NCBI GenBank assembly: GCA_963813135.1
Contig: CAWEXY010000010.1
Location: 89,905 to 153,904, forward strand
Direction of reading: 5' to 3'
Source: an uncultured Verrucomicrobiae bacterium
GTDB taxonomy: Bacteria; Chlamydiota; Chlamydiia; Chlamydiales; Rhabdochlamydiaceae
DNA length: 64,000 bases
Shown: piece after piece, positions 23,263-33,038 of the stretch
Numbering within the stretch: position 1 is the stretch's first letter
Layout of the letters: each line of letters opens with the position of its first letter
Notes under the pieces: generated by a model
What the model saw: only the letters and a program-made list of their open reading frames with translations
What the model was told of the DNA's origin: nothing
Database searches by the model: none
Translations under genes and position numbers: made by a program

Positions 23263-24073
23263 ACTTCTTCAGCTTTCAGCTGATTTTTTAGGCCAAAAGG
23301 GGATCGAGCGCTCCCGACGAGAAGCGGAGGACCTCCTGTCGGCGGTCTTGCAAATTCCGCGCCTCGACCTCTATATGCAATTCGACCGCCCGCTGGTGGA
23401 ACAAGAAATTAATCAATATCGGGCTTATATCCAGCGCCGCGCCCAAGGCGCTCCCTACGAGTACATCACGGGCCAGGTTCGTTTTTTAGACGCCGAGCTT
23501 ATCGTAACGCCCGATGTCCTCATCCCTAGGCCCGAGACAGAGATCTTAGCGGCAAAGATCTTAGAGCAGCTTCCCGACGCGCCGATGGAGGTGTGGGATA
23601 TCTGCTGCGGATCGGGGTGCATTGCCATCAGCCTCAAGAAAGCCCGGCCCAGTTGGACCGTTTTCGCCTCGGATATTTCCCCAAAAGCGCTGGCCCTCGC
23701 GAAAGAAAATGCGGCGAAAAATGGGGTGGAAGCGACCTTTTTGGAAGGCGATCTCTTCAAACCCTTCCAAGGGCGCAAGGCCGATGTCATTATCTCCAAT
23801 CCTCCCTATGTCTCTGTCAAAGAATATGCGGCTATGGACAAGTCCGAGCCTCAAATCGCCCTCGTGGCCGGACCTACAGGGTACGAATTTTATGAACGCC
23901 TCGCTCAAGAAATTCCTAACCATCTACGCCCAGGAGGCAAGGTCTTTTTTGAACTCGGCACAGGCATGGGCGCCAAAGTCGCTTCTTTCTTTTCTTTTGG
24001 TAAGAAAAAAATTGAAAATGATTTTGCAGGGCATGATCGTTTCTTTTTCCTTGAAAACGACCCCTTGTGTTAG
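23246..24073 (+). CDS. prmC: Release factor glutamine methyltransferase
   Basis: [16 protein letters not shown] and NPPY. Confidence 0.96.
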   Translation: MKTIGELLQLSADFLGQKGIERSRREAEDLLSAVLQIPRLDLYMQFDRPLVEQEINQYRAYIQRRAQGAPYEYITGQVRFLDAELIVTPDVLIPRPETEILAAKILEQLPDAPMEVWDICCGSGCIAISLKKARPSWTVFASDISPKALALAKENAAKNGVEATFLEGDLFKPFQGRKADVIISNPPYVSVKEYAAMDKSEPQIALVAGPTGYEFYERLAQEIPNHLRPGGKVFFELGTGMGAKVASFFSFGKKKIENDFAGHDRFFFLENDPLC

Positions 24074-24088
24074 AATGTCTTAACACTT

Positions 24089-25393
24089 ATGTTTGGCGCG
24101 CTCACAGAAAAATTTAAAGATCTCTTTTCCGGTTTAACGGGCAAGAAAACGCTCTCGGAGAGTAACATCGCCGATGCGGTTTCCCAAGTCCGTTTGGCCT
24201 TGCTGGATGCTGACGTCAGTTTTGCAGTCGCAAGCGCGTTTGTTAAAAGAATTAAAGAAAAAGCCGTGGGCGAGCAAGTCGTCAAATCGGTGACGCCCGG
24301 CCAGCAGTTCATTAAAATCGTTCATGAAGAGCTGATCGCTCTCATGGGGGCCGAAGAGACCCCCCTCAACTTAACCGCTAAGCCCTCCCACATTTTGCTC
24401 TGCGGGCTCCAAGGGTCAGGGAAAACGACCCAGTGCGCGAAGCTCGCCGCTTATTTACAGAAGAAAGGTAAAAAGCCCCTTGTCGTCGCGTGCGATTTGC
24501 AAAGGCCCGCGGCCATAGAGCAGATCAAAACGCTGTGCGGACAGATCAATGTGCCCGTCTTTACGGTCGAGGGTGAAAAAGATCCCGTACGCGTTGCAAA
24601 ATTAAGTCTTAGCGCACAAGGCGATCACGATGTGGTCCTCTTTGACACGGCCGGCCGTCTGCACATCGACGAAGAGCTGATGGGCCAGCTCGAAGAGATC
24701 AAGAAGGTTGTACGTCCCCAAGACATTATTTTCGTGGCGAGCAGCAACACTGGCCAAGATGCGGTGAAGACCGCCGCGGAGTTTGATCGCCGCTTAAACA
24801 TCACGGGAACTATTTTGACGATGCTCGATGGCTCTTCTAGGGCCGGAGCTGCAATTTCGATCCGCGAAGTGACAGGAAAACCGCTCTTGTTTGAGGGGAT
24901 AGGCGAAAAGATCAGCGATCTGCAGCTGTTCAACCCCCGCTCTATGGCTGATCGGATCCTCGGCATGGGCGATGTCGTTAACTTGGTTCGCAAAGCCGAA
25001 GAACATTATGACGAGGCGCAGGCCGAAGCCCTGGAAAAAAAGATGCGCAAGGCCGCCTTCACCTACAGCGATTACTTAAGCCAGATGGGCATGATGAAGA
25101 AGATGGGATCATTTAAAAGCCTCCTCCAAATGCTTCCTGGGGGGATTCAGATCCCCGATATTGAGAAATCCGAAGGCGAATTTAAGAGAATGGAAGCGAT
25201 GATCCATTCGATGACCCTAGACGAGCGTGAAGAGCTTGTAGAAATCATCCCGCCGCGCCGATGGCGCATTGCAAAAGGCAGCGGGACCAAGATCGATGAT
25301 GTGAACCGCCTCATCAAAAACTTTAAAAGAATGAAAGATATGTGCAAAAATTTACCAAATAAGAAACAGATGGAGAAAATGTCATGGTTTTAA
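24089..25393 (+). CDS. ffh: Signal recognition particle protein
   Basis: GLQGSGKTT, DLQRPAA, DTAGR, RILGMGD and a Met-rich M domain. Confidence 0.97.
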   Translation: MFGALTEKFKDLFSGLTGKKTLSESNIADAVSQVRLALLDADVSFAVASAFVKRIKEKAVGEQVVKSVTPGQQFIKIVHEELIALMGAEETPLNLTAKPSHILLCGLQGSGKTTQCAKLAAYLQKKGKKPLVVACDLQRPAAIEQIKTLCGQINVPVFTVEGEKDPVRVAKLSLSAQGDHDVVLFDTAGRLHIDEELMGQLEEIKKVVRPQDIIFVASSNTGQDAVKTAAEFDRRLNITGTILTMLDGSSRAGAAISIREVTGKPLLFEGIGEKISDLQLFNPRSMADRILGMGDVVNLVRKAEEHYDEAQAEALEKKMRKAAFTYSDYLSQMGMMKKMGSFKSLLQMLPGGIQIPDIEKSEGEFKRMEAMIHSMTLDEREELVEIIPPRRWRIAKGSGTKIDDVNRLIKNFKRMKDMCKNLPNKKQMEKMSWF

Positions 25394-25824
25394 TGATACG
25401 CATGCGTCAGCATGGACGCAAAAATCGTCAGACCTTTCGCTTGGTATTGACGGACAGCCGCAGACCTCGCGATGGAAAGTATATCGAGACGCTCGGATCT
25501 TATAATCCGATGCAAGCAGAGAATAACTTCACGGCCAATACCGACCGTATCCAGTCATGGCTTGAGAAGGGCGCTCAGCTGTCCGACAACGCTCGCAACC
25601 TTTTAGCAAAAGCAGCTCCTGCTTTTATCAAGACATACCAAGCGAAGCTCGAAGCCGCGAAAGTGAAAAAAACGGCGAAGCGCCGCGCTTTGAAGAAAGC
25701 CAAAAAAGGCGCAGCTCCTGTTAAAAAAACAGTGAAAGCCGCCGCTAAAACAGAAGAGAAAGCGGCCGCTCCCGCTCCGAAAAAACGGGCTGCGCCGAAG
25801 AAGAAGAAAGAGGATGCAAGTTGA
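25384..25824 (+). CDS. rpsP: 30S ribosomal protein S16 with a Lys/Ala/Pro-rich C-terminal extension
   Basis: [35 protein letters not shown]. Confidence 0.96.
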   Translation: MVLMIRMRQHGRKNRQTFRLVLTDSRRPRDGKYIETLGSYNPMQAENNFTANTDRIQSWLEKGAQLSDNARNLLAKAAPAFIKTYQAKLEAAKVKKTAKRRALKKAKKGAAPVKKTVKAAAKTEEKAAAPAPKKRAAPKKKKEDAS

Positions 25825-26479
25825 TATCCTCTCCCTCTTCCCGGAGTATTTCGAGGGGCCGCTCAAGCTTTCCATTTTAGGAAGAGCAAGAGAAAACGGC
25901 CTTCTCGATGTGCGGCTGGTCGATATCCGTCAGTTCACCACTGATAAGCACGGACGGGTGGACGACAGGCCGTTTGGAGGAGGGCCTGGCATGCTTATGA
26001 TGCCAGAGCCCGTATGTGCGGCGATACGCGCCGTGCGAAGAGAAAAGACCCGCGTGATTTATCTCACGCCCCAAGGCAAGCCCCTCACGGCCAAAAGATG
26101 CGAGGAGTTAGCCGGCGAAGAGCACTTGGTGCTCCTCTGCGGGCACTACGAAGGAATCGACGAGCGCGCGATCGAGGCGGAAGTCGATGAAGAGATCAGC
26201 ATCGGGGACTATGTCCTCACAAGCGGATGCCCCGCAGCGCTGGTCCTTCTCGATGCCACAGCCCGGTTTATTCCGGGGATCCTTGGCCACGAAGAGGCCG
26301 CGGCGAGCGATTCGTTCCAAGGGGAAGGATTATTAGAGGGACCGCAGTATACACGTCCCCGCGAGTTTGAAGGAAAATCGGTTCCCTCCGTTTTATGGGA
26401 AGGGAACCATGCAGAAATTGCAAAATGGCGCCGCGAAGCAGCGCTGCAAAAGACTAAATTAGTTAAGGAGATCGTATGA
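25814..26479 (+). CDS. trmD: tRNA (guanine-N1)-methyltransferase
   Basis: [29 protein letters not shown] and YTRP. Confidence 0.97.
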   Translation: MQVDILSLFPEYFEGPLKLSILGRARENGLLDVRLVDIRQFTTDKHGRVDDRPFGGGPGMLMMPEPVCAAIRAVRREKTRVIYLTPQGKPLTAKRCEELAGEEHLVLLCGHYEGIDERAIEAEVDEEISIGDYVLTSGCPAALVLLDATARFIPGILGHEEAAASDSFQGEGLLEGPQYTRPREFEGKSVPSVLWEGNHAEIAKWRREAALQKTKLVKEIV

Positions 26480-26886
26480 AACAAAATACTGTCATTCAAG
26501 AGTTGGAAAAAGGCCATCTGAAAAAAGATGTTCCTCCTTTTAACGTTGGAGACACGCTCACCGTTCACACCCGCATCATCGAGGGAGAAAAAGAGCGTAT
26601 CCAAATGTTCACAGGAACCGTCATTGCCCGCCGCGGCAGCGGCCTGTCCGAGACATTTGCTCTCTATCGCGTTGCTTACGGCGCCGGCATGGAGCGTGTT
26701 TTTATGCTCCACAGCCCCCGCATTGCGAAGATCGAAGTTTCTCGCCATGGGAAAACACGTCGTGGTAAACTCTATCATATCCGCGGCGCTTCTGGTAAAG
26801 CTGCGAAAATTAAAGAGCAAATCGGAGGAGTTTCTATCCATGTCGAAGAGCACGAAGAAGCCCCTTCCGCAGAGCCAGCGACTTAA
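26476..26886 (+). CDS. rplS: 50S ribosomal protein L19
   Basis: [37 protein letters not shown]. Confidence 0.97.
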   Translation: MKQNTVIQELEKGHLKKDVPPFNVGDTLTVHTRIIEGEKERIQMFTGTVIARRGSGLSETFALYRVAYGAGMERVFMLHSPRIAKIEVSRHGKTRRGKLYHIRGASGKAAKIKEQIGGVSIHVEEHEEAPSAEPAT

Positions 26887-27487
26887 GATTTTTGAGATAC
26901 AGGCCCGCGAAAGCGGGTTTGTGTCCATTGCCGGCATCGACGAAGCAGGACGCGGCCCTCTTGCCGGCCCTGTCGTCGCTGCCGCTTGTATTTTGCCCCC
27001 TGATATCCGTCTTAAGGGCATCAAGGATAGCAAACAACTAACTCCTGAAGAGCGCGAAGCCCTCTTTGCCCGTATCCAAGACAACCCTGCCATCCTCTCA
27101 GGCGTCGGCATCATCGACGTCATCATGATCGATCAGATCAATATCCTGCGCGCCACGCTTCAAGCGATGATGGGCGCCATTGCCGCTCTACCCAAACAGC
27201 CCGATTTTATCCTTGTTGACGGCCCGCATCTTCCACCCACCGACATCCCTGGCAAGGCGATCATCGACGGCGACACCCTTTCCCAATCGATTATGGCCGC
27301 AGCCATCATCGCCAAATGCACCCGCGATCTTCTCATGATCAAGCTCCACGAACAATATCCCCAATACGGCTTTAAATCGCACAAAGGGTATGGAACCCCG
27401 GAGCATCTCAAAGCTCTGAAAGAGCACGGCCCCTGCGAGATCCATCGAAAAAGTTTTGCTCCTGTACGGGAGGCCCTCCATGCGTAG
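26840..27487 (+). CDS. rnhB: Ribonuclease HII
   Basis: [34 protein letters not shown] and HRKSF. The start at MSKST follows GGAGG. Confidence 0.96.
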   Translation: MSKSTKKPLPQSQRLKIFEIQARESGFVSIAGIDEAGRGPLAGPVVAAACILPPDIRLKGIKDSKQLTPEEREALFARIQDNPAILSGVGIIDVIMIDQINILRATLQAMMGAIAALPKQPDFILVDGPHLPPTDIPGKAIIDGDTLSQSIMAAAIIAKCTRDLLMIKLHEQYPQYGFKSHKGYGTPEHLKALKEHGPCEIHRKSFAPVREALHA

Positions 27488-28313
27488 CATGACAGGCTTT
27501 GGCCAAGGCCGCTCTTCTCACATCACCGCGGAAATCCACAGCGTCAACCGCAAAAACCTCGATATCACGCTCTATCTTCCCAAAGAACTCCTCTTCCTCG
27601 ACATCGATATCCGCCGTTTTCTCTCCCAGGAAATCCAGCGCGGCCAAATCACCGTCCGCGTGAGCGCCGATCTCCTCGAGCACAAAGAGACCCTCTCTCA
27701 TCTCAAAACCCTGCAGAAAAAATGGAACCAGATCAGCGATGCCTTAAAGCTGAAGGACCAAATCACTTTGCCCTTCCTCCTTGAAAAAATGGAAGACGAA
27801 CCCCTCCGCGCGTCTTCACAGCTCAAAAAAGACCTCTTTCTCGTTCTGCAGCAAGCGCTCAAGGCTTTCCTCGCCATGCGCGCCAAAGAAGGCGCTCATC
27901 TCGCCAAAATCCTCAAAGGGTATACGCAAGAGATCTCGTCCCTGGTGAAAAAAATCGAAGTCAAAGCGCCCCTCATCAAAGACCGCTACCGCAAGACGCT
28001 CCAAGGGCGCCTCGCCGAACTATCTCTTCCTATCGAGGAAGAGCGGCTTTTCAAAGAAGTCATGCTCTACGCCGAGCGCAGCGACATCTCCGAGGAGATC
28101 ACGCGTCTTCATTCCCACCTCTCGCAGATGAAAAAACTTCTCTCCTCCCAAGGTGAAAGCGTCGGCCGCGCGCTCGATTTCCTCACGCAAGAAATGGGCC
28201 GTGAATCGAACACGCTCCTTGCCAAGGCAGGGGACAGCGACATCTCGAATCTCGGCCTTCAGATCAAATCGCTCATCGAGAAGATCCGCGAGCAAGTCCA
28301 GAATATTGAATAA
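27480..28313 (+). CDS. YicC/YloC family endoribonuclease
   Basis: [34 protein letters not shown] and KIREQVQNIE. Confidence 0.93.
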   Translation: MRSMTGFGQGRSSHITAEIHSVNRKNLDITLYLPKELLFLDIDIRRFLSQEIQRGQITVRVSADLLEHKETLSHLKTLQKKWNQISDALKLKDQITLPFLLEKMEDEPLRASSQLKKDLFLVLQQALKAFLAMRAKEGAHLAKILKGYTQEISSLVKKIEVKAPLIKDRYRKTLQGRLAELSLPIEEERLFKEVMLYAERSDISEEITRLHSHLSQMKKLLSSQGESVGRALDFLTQEMGRESNTLLAKAGDSDISNLGLQIKSLIEKIREQVQNIE

Positions 28314-28481
28314 ATAGGCTCTAAAACGACAGTTTAAAACTTTTATTGAATTGCGGAAACGCGAAGAAGACTTCCGAACCTGCACCCATTCAGACCCAAC
28401 AGCAGCAACAAAATCAAGCAGGCATGAAAGAAGAGAGCTCCCAGCTTTAAAAGCCCCTCTGAGCAAGCATAATTTTTAAAA

Positions 28482-28510
28482 TTGCACTTTGCCCCCCTTA
28501 TAGGTATACT
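28482..28510 (+). promoter_or_regulatory. Sigma66/70-type promoter for gmk
   Basis: TTGCAC-17 bp-TATACT. Confidence 0.6.
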
Positions 28511-28521
28511 GAGGGACAACT

Positions 28522-29121
28522 GTGTATAAGATTTTAGGAAATCTCAAAAAAGGTTTGATCTTTGTCATCAGCGCTCCTGCAGGGACAGGCAAGACCACCC
28601 TCGCGCAGATGCTCTGTAAAGAGTTTTCTTGCGTCGTCGAAAGCATCTCTTATACGACAAGGAAGATGCGCGAAGGAGAGAAAGAGGGCGAGCATTACCA
28701 TTTCATCTCGGAAAAAGAGTTTGTGAAACGCAAAGCGGCAGGCGATTTTTTAGAGAGCGCCTCGTTTTTGGGAAACCACTACGGCACGTCGCGTTCTTTA
28801 GTTGAAGAGAGTTTGAAAAAGGGGAAGCATGTCCTCCTTGTGATCGATACGCAGGGCGCCGAGCAGCTGAAGGGAAAGGTCGATGCTACGTCGATTTTCA
28901 TCAGCCCGCCTTCTCTTGATGAGCTCAAATCAAGACTTTTGCGCAGACGGACAGAGACCCCCGAAGCCATCGCCAAGCGTTTGGAATGGGCGACAGAAGA
29001 GATGAAGAAAAAATCGGCCTATGACTACCACATTGTGAATGACAATTTAGAAGTGGCCTACGCCGTCCTCCGCAGCATTTTGGTTGCGGAAGAGCATAAA
29101 ACTACCATGGAGAAAAGATGA
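28522..29121 (+). CDS. gmk: Guanylate kinase
   Basis: SAPAGTGKTT, SYTTR, YHF, YGT and FISPPS. Confidence 0.97.
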   Translation: MYKILGNLKKGLIFVISAPAGTGKTTLAQMLCKEFSCVVESISYTTRKMREGEKEGEHYHFISEKEFVKRKAAGDFLESASFLGNHYGTSRSLVEESLKKGKHVLLVIDTQGAEQLKGKVDATSIFISPPSLDELKSRLLRRRTETPEAIAKRLEWATEEMKKKSAYDYHIVNDNLEVAYAVLRSILVAEEHKTTMEKR

Positions 29122-29360
29122 AAGACCAACTGACCAACGAAGCATTGAAGAAGCACTTTAAGGATAATTTCGATTTAGCGCACTATGCCATCGCAGCTGC
29201 GCGCTACCTCATTAAGTCAGGGCACGAAGTCAACGTTGCCGACTTGCTCGATGATATCCAAAGAACTCCCAAAATGTATGAAGTGAAAGAGCTCGAAGCG
29301 ATGGATGCCGCAGACCGTGCGGAGCGAGCAGAAGAGGCGAAAGAAGAAGCGGGTGCCTAA
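29118..29360 (+). CDS. Chlamydial RNA polymerase omega-like protein
   Basis: [18 protein letters not shown]. It lies between gmk and metG, the position of the omega-like gene in Chlamydia. Confidence 0.7.
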   Translation: MKDQLTNEALKKHFKDNFDLAHYAIAAARYLIKSGHEVNVADLLDDIQRTPKMYEVKELEAMDAADRAERAEEAKEEAGA

Positions 29361-31009
29361 ACGTCTCATTACGTCGGCGCTTCCCTATGCCAATGGAGCT
29401 CTCCATTTCGGGCATATCGCCGGTGCTTTTCTTCCCGCAGATTGCTACGCCAGATTTTGCCGCCTGCGCGGCGATGATGTGCTCTATATCTGCGGATCAG
29501 ATGAGTATGGCATTCCGATTACGATCAGCGCCGAGATTGCTGGCAGAACGCCCCGAAGAGCACGTCGATATCTTCCACCAGATCAATAAAGACCTCTTTG
29601 CCAAGCTGAACATTTCGTTTGATCACTACTCAAGAACGTCGTGGAAAGGCCATATCCCCACGGTGCAAGAGTTTTTCACGGATCTTTTGAACAATGGCTA
29701 CATCGAAGCGCGCACGACGAACCAACTCTACTCCGAAAAAGACGGCCGCTTCCTGGCTGATCGCTATGTGACGGGAACATGCCCGAAATGCGGCTTTGAT
29801 GGCGCCCGCGGCGACGAGTGCCCCCATTGCGCGGCCAGCTATGAAGCGACAGATCTTAAAAACCCTAAATCGAAAATCAGCGGCGGGCCCTTGGTCCCTA
29901 AACCGACCAAGCACTGGTTCCTCCGGTTTGACCTCTTCGCTGACAAACTACGCGAGTGGATCGCGACCAAAAACTGGAAGCCGAGCGTCACCCATTTTGC
30001 GATGGGCTACGTCGACGACTTAAAAGCCCGGGCGATCACGCGCGATGGAGAGTGGGGCGTGCCGATTCCTCTACCTGATACCGAAGGAAAGGTCCTCTAC
30101 GTATGGTTTGATGCTCCCATCGGCTATATCTCTGCCACTAAGCAAGGTTTCCCCGATCAATGGGAAGATTATTGGCTGGGAAAAGATGTCCACTATACAC
30201 AGTTCATCGGCAAAGATAACATTCCGTTCCATGCCGTCTTCTTTCCCGCGATGGTCATGGGGCAAAACAAGCCTTACAAACAAGTCGATGAAATTCCTGC
30301 GAATGAGTTCCTCAATTTAGAGGGACGGCAATTTAGCAAGTCCGACGGATGGACGATCGACCTCGACCGGTTCTTTACACATTTCACGGCCGATCAGATC
30401 CGCTATGTCCTCGCGGCGAATGCCCCCGAGACGCAAGACTCCGAATTTACCTGGAAAGATTTTCAACTGCGGTGCAATTCGGAACTGCTCGGCAAATATG
30501 GCAACTTGGCCAATCGCCTCCTCGTCTTCTTGGCGAATAAATGCGGCGGGCATATTCCCGACGCAGAGCCCGATAGCGATTTCCTACGTAAACTACTAGA
30601 TCTTGCCCATGAAGCGGCGGAGGCTTACGGTTCTTACCACTTACGCCGTGCGACGCAGATCGTCATGGAGATCGCTGCCGCTGGGAATGTCTATTTTGAT
30701 GCGGAAAAGCCCTGGAAAATTGAAGATCCTATGCAGCGGGCAAAAGTCCTGCGCACCTGTTTAGAATGCCTTAAAATCCTCGCGATCGTCTCTTCGCCGG
30801 TCATTCCCGATAGCGCCCAGAAACTCTGGCAGATGCTAGGGAAAACGACGACGCTGGCAAGCGAAAATTGGGACCGCGCGCTCCAAGCACCTCTTACCTC
30901 GGGACAACTTCTTCCGAAACCCGAAGTCCTCTTCAAACGCGTTGAAGATGAGATCATTCAAGAAGAGATCGATAAATTGGCGATTCTCACGAAGCAGAAG
31001 CCGGGATAG
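29353..31009 (+). CDS. metG: Methionine--tRNA ligase (one indel frameshift near 29555)
   Basis: [22 protein letters not shown], zinc-knuckle [22 protein letters not shown] and FSKS. Confidence 0.96.
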
Positions 31010-31880
31010 CCGTTTTTCTCGATAACTCTAATCTTGCCAAAAAGAAAGTCGAAGCCGCAATCACGGTGGCCCCCGCAAGGACATTGATGTGGGGGATTTC
31101 TTGAAAAAACAGATAGCCGATGAATGATGCAAAAATCAGGCGTGTGTACTCAAATGGGGCCACGAAAGAAGCTTTACCATACTTGAGCGCTTCGACTGTG
31201 CCGAAATTCGATAAGAGGCCGCATAGGGCAACGCCCATCAAAAGAAAAATATCCCTTAAGGGAGGGAGTTGCCACACGCCTATGACCGCTATGCTCGAGA
31301 GCAGGAGGGTAGCTCCGGTTGCATAGAGAAGGAGGGTCGTCGACGATTCGGTGGTGAGGAGCTTTTTCCCCACAATGCTCGATCCGCTGGCCAAAATATT
31401 GGCAAGCAGGGCAACGGCGATGGGAAGCCCGAAGCTGAACGAAAAGCCTTGAAATATCGTCAAAACGCCGACATATCCCAAACCGACCAGCAGCCATTTT
31501 TTATAGGTTAATTTTTCTCTGAGGAAGAAAAAGGCGAATAGGGTCGTGAAAAGGGGCCCTGTGAAGCCGATGGCCGAGGAGGACGCCAAAGGCAGATTTC
31601 GGTAAGCGAAATAGGTAGAGAAGAGGGCGACCGATATGAAAAGAACCCGCGTCAGGTGGAGCGGGAGGCGCGTTGTTTTAAAGTTTTTTATACCCTGCCG
31701 AAGGACGAAGGGGAGCAAGAAGATAAAGGCGAATAGGCAGCGGAAGAAGAGGATCATGAGGCTGGGAACAGAGGGGGTGATCAGTTTTACGAGGGAAATG
31801 CCGCCCGAAAAGCAAAAACTAGAAAATAGCACAAAGAACATGCTGAGGAGAGTTTGTCTTCTTGTGTCATCAAATGTCAT
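30987..31880 (-). CDS. DMT/EamA family transporter
   Basis: Ten TM segments, with FTGPLF..LREK and APFEY..LFFQE. Confidence 0.9.
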   Translation of the reverse strand: MTFDDTRRQTLLSMFFVLFSSFCFSGGISLVKLITPSVPSLMILFFRCLFAFIFLLPFVLRQGIKNFKTTRLPLHLTRVLFISVALFSTYFAYRNLPLASSSAIGFTGPLFTTLFAFFFLREKLTYKKWLLVGLGYVGVLTIFQGFSFSFGLPIAVALLANILASGSSIVGKKLLTTESSTTLLLYATGATLLLSSIAVIGVWQLPPLRDIFLLMGVALCGLLSNFGTVEALKYGKASFVAPFEYTRLIFASFIGYLFFQEIPHINVLAGATVIAASTFFLARLELSRKTAIPASAS

Positions 31881-32048
31881 AAGCGAATTTTATCTATGTT
31901 TATAACAAATATCAATATATAAATATTTTTTATATTATTAGATAATGTGTGATTCGGTATTTAAAAATTTCCATGCAACCCGACAAATTATTATGAATTA
32001 ATGTTAGAGAGGATTAGCCTTTGCTGAAGTTAAAATTCGAGAAAAGAT

Positions 32049-32507
32049 ATGGATGAGAGATACGCCCCTCAGTTAAATCAACTTGAAGCCTTTCTTACGG
32101 TCTACGGGTGGCATTTTCAGCGAGAAACTTCTCCCGACGGGACCGAGCGTCTCATCGCGCCTTTTCCCTTGAATCAAGAGAAGGGAGTTCTGATTCTTTT
32201 TAATATTGTAGGCGAATTTGTATGTGCGAATACAGCTGGTTTGCTAAAGGATATTCCGACGCAATTTGCTGTAAATTTGCTCGCCTTAAACGACTCTGTG
32301 AAACTGGTTAAAATTTTTGCCTTTCCACCCGAAAGAGGTTCCAATTTTTTTGATGCCGATCTCGCCTTTGAGCTCTGGGCTGAAAGCTTTAATCAGGGAA
32401 CCTTCTTTGCTTTCATGGAAATGCTGTGTTTAGGTGTTGAAAAAACTCTAGACGTGATCGCTCAGCAAAATATTCCCCACCAAACCAGCTTTGTTTCTTT
32501 CCAATGA
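32049..32507 (+). CDS. Hypothetical protein (possible YbjN/CesT-like chaperone fold)
   Basis: 152-aa acidic ORF with LLALN..VK and a C-terminal amphipathic helix. The fold assignment is inference only. Confidence 0.6.
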   Translation: MDERYAPQLNQLEAFLTVYGWHFQRETSPDGTERLIAPFPLNQEKGVLILFNIVGEFVCANTAGLLKDIPTQFAVNLLALNDSVKLVKIFAFPPERGSNFFDADLAFELWAESFNQGTFFAFMEMLCLGVEKTLDVIAQQNIPHQTSFVSFQ

Positions 32508-32531
32508 AATCCTAATTTTCTGAGGTGGGTT

Positions 32532-33038
32532 TTATTCGATGGCAATCTCTAAATGCTCTAAAAGCGCCATGACTTCGGGCTTAGAAAATTTTGCCTTCTG
32601 CAGCTTGTTCGTCAGAGCGTTGATAGAATAATTGATCGCTCCTCGGAAATCGGCTCCTCTCAAATCGGTATTATGAAAGACGCTTCCCTCCAGGTCCGAT
32701 TTGGCAAAGTTGGCCCCGGAGAGATTGGAATTGGTGAAGTGGGCCTCACGGACCTTGCATTCGAGGAAGAGGGTATTTTTGAGATTGAGGTCAGAGAAGT
32801 TGCAGGTGGCGATCAGGCAATTCTTGAACGACATTTTCAAAAACGTCGGGTCGCATCTCCCAAAATTAACGCCCATGAATTTGCAGTGGATAAACTGGGC
32901 ATTTTGGAACCGGCATCCCTCGAGTTTTGTGAGGCTGAAATTACACTGCTCGAACGTGCAATCGACAAACCTCCCTTTCATGAGTTCTTTTTCACCCCAG
33001 ACTTTTTTTTGGAACGTTTCCTTCTCAAAGAACATCAT
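32532..33038 (-). CDS. Pentapeptide repeat protein
   Basis: Repeats such as CNFSD/LNLKN/AHFTN/SNLSG/ANFAK/SDLEG/TDLRG/ADFRG. Confidence 0.92.
   Translation of the reverse strand: MMFFEKETFQKKVWGEKELMKGRFVDCTFEQCNFSLTKLEGCRFQNAQFIHCKFMGVNFGRCDPTFLKMSFKNCLIATCNFSDLNLKNTLFLECKVREAHFTNSNLSGANFAKSDLEGSVFHNTDLRGADFRGAINYSINALTNKLQKAKFSKPEVMALLEHLEIAIE

Noticed and set aside
26528..26839. Long N-terminal extension of RNase HII
   Set aside because: It is an alternative frame overlapping rplS; the real start is at 26840, after GGAGG.
28314..28490. yicC-gmk spacer as an ncRNA or dispersed repeat
   Set aside because: It is longer than expected and has a short AATTTTTAAAATT near-palindrome, but I see no terminal repeats, second copy or recognisable RNA family in this window.
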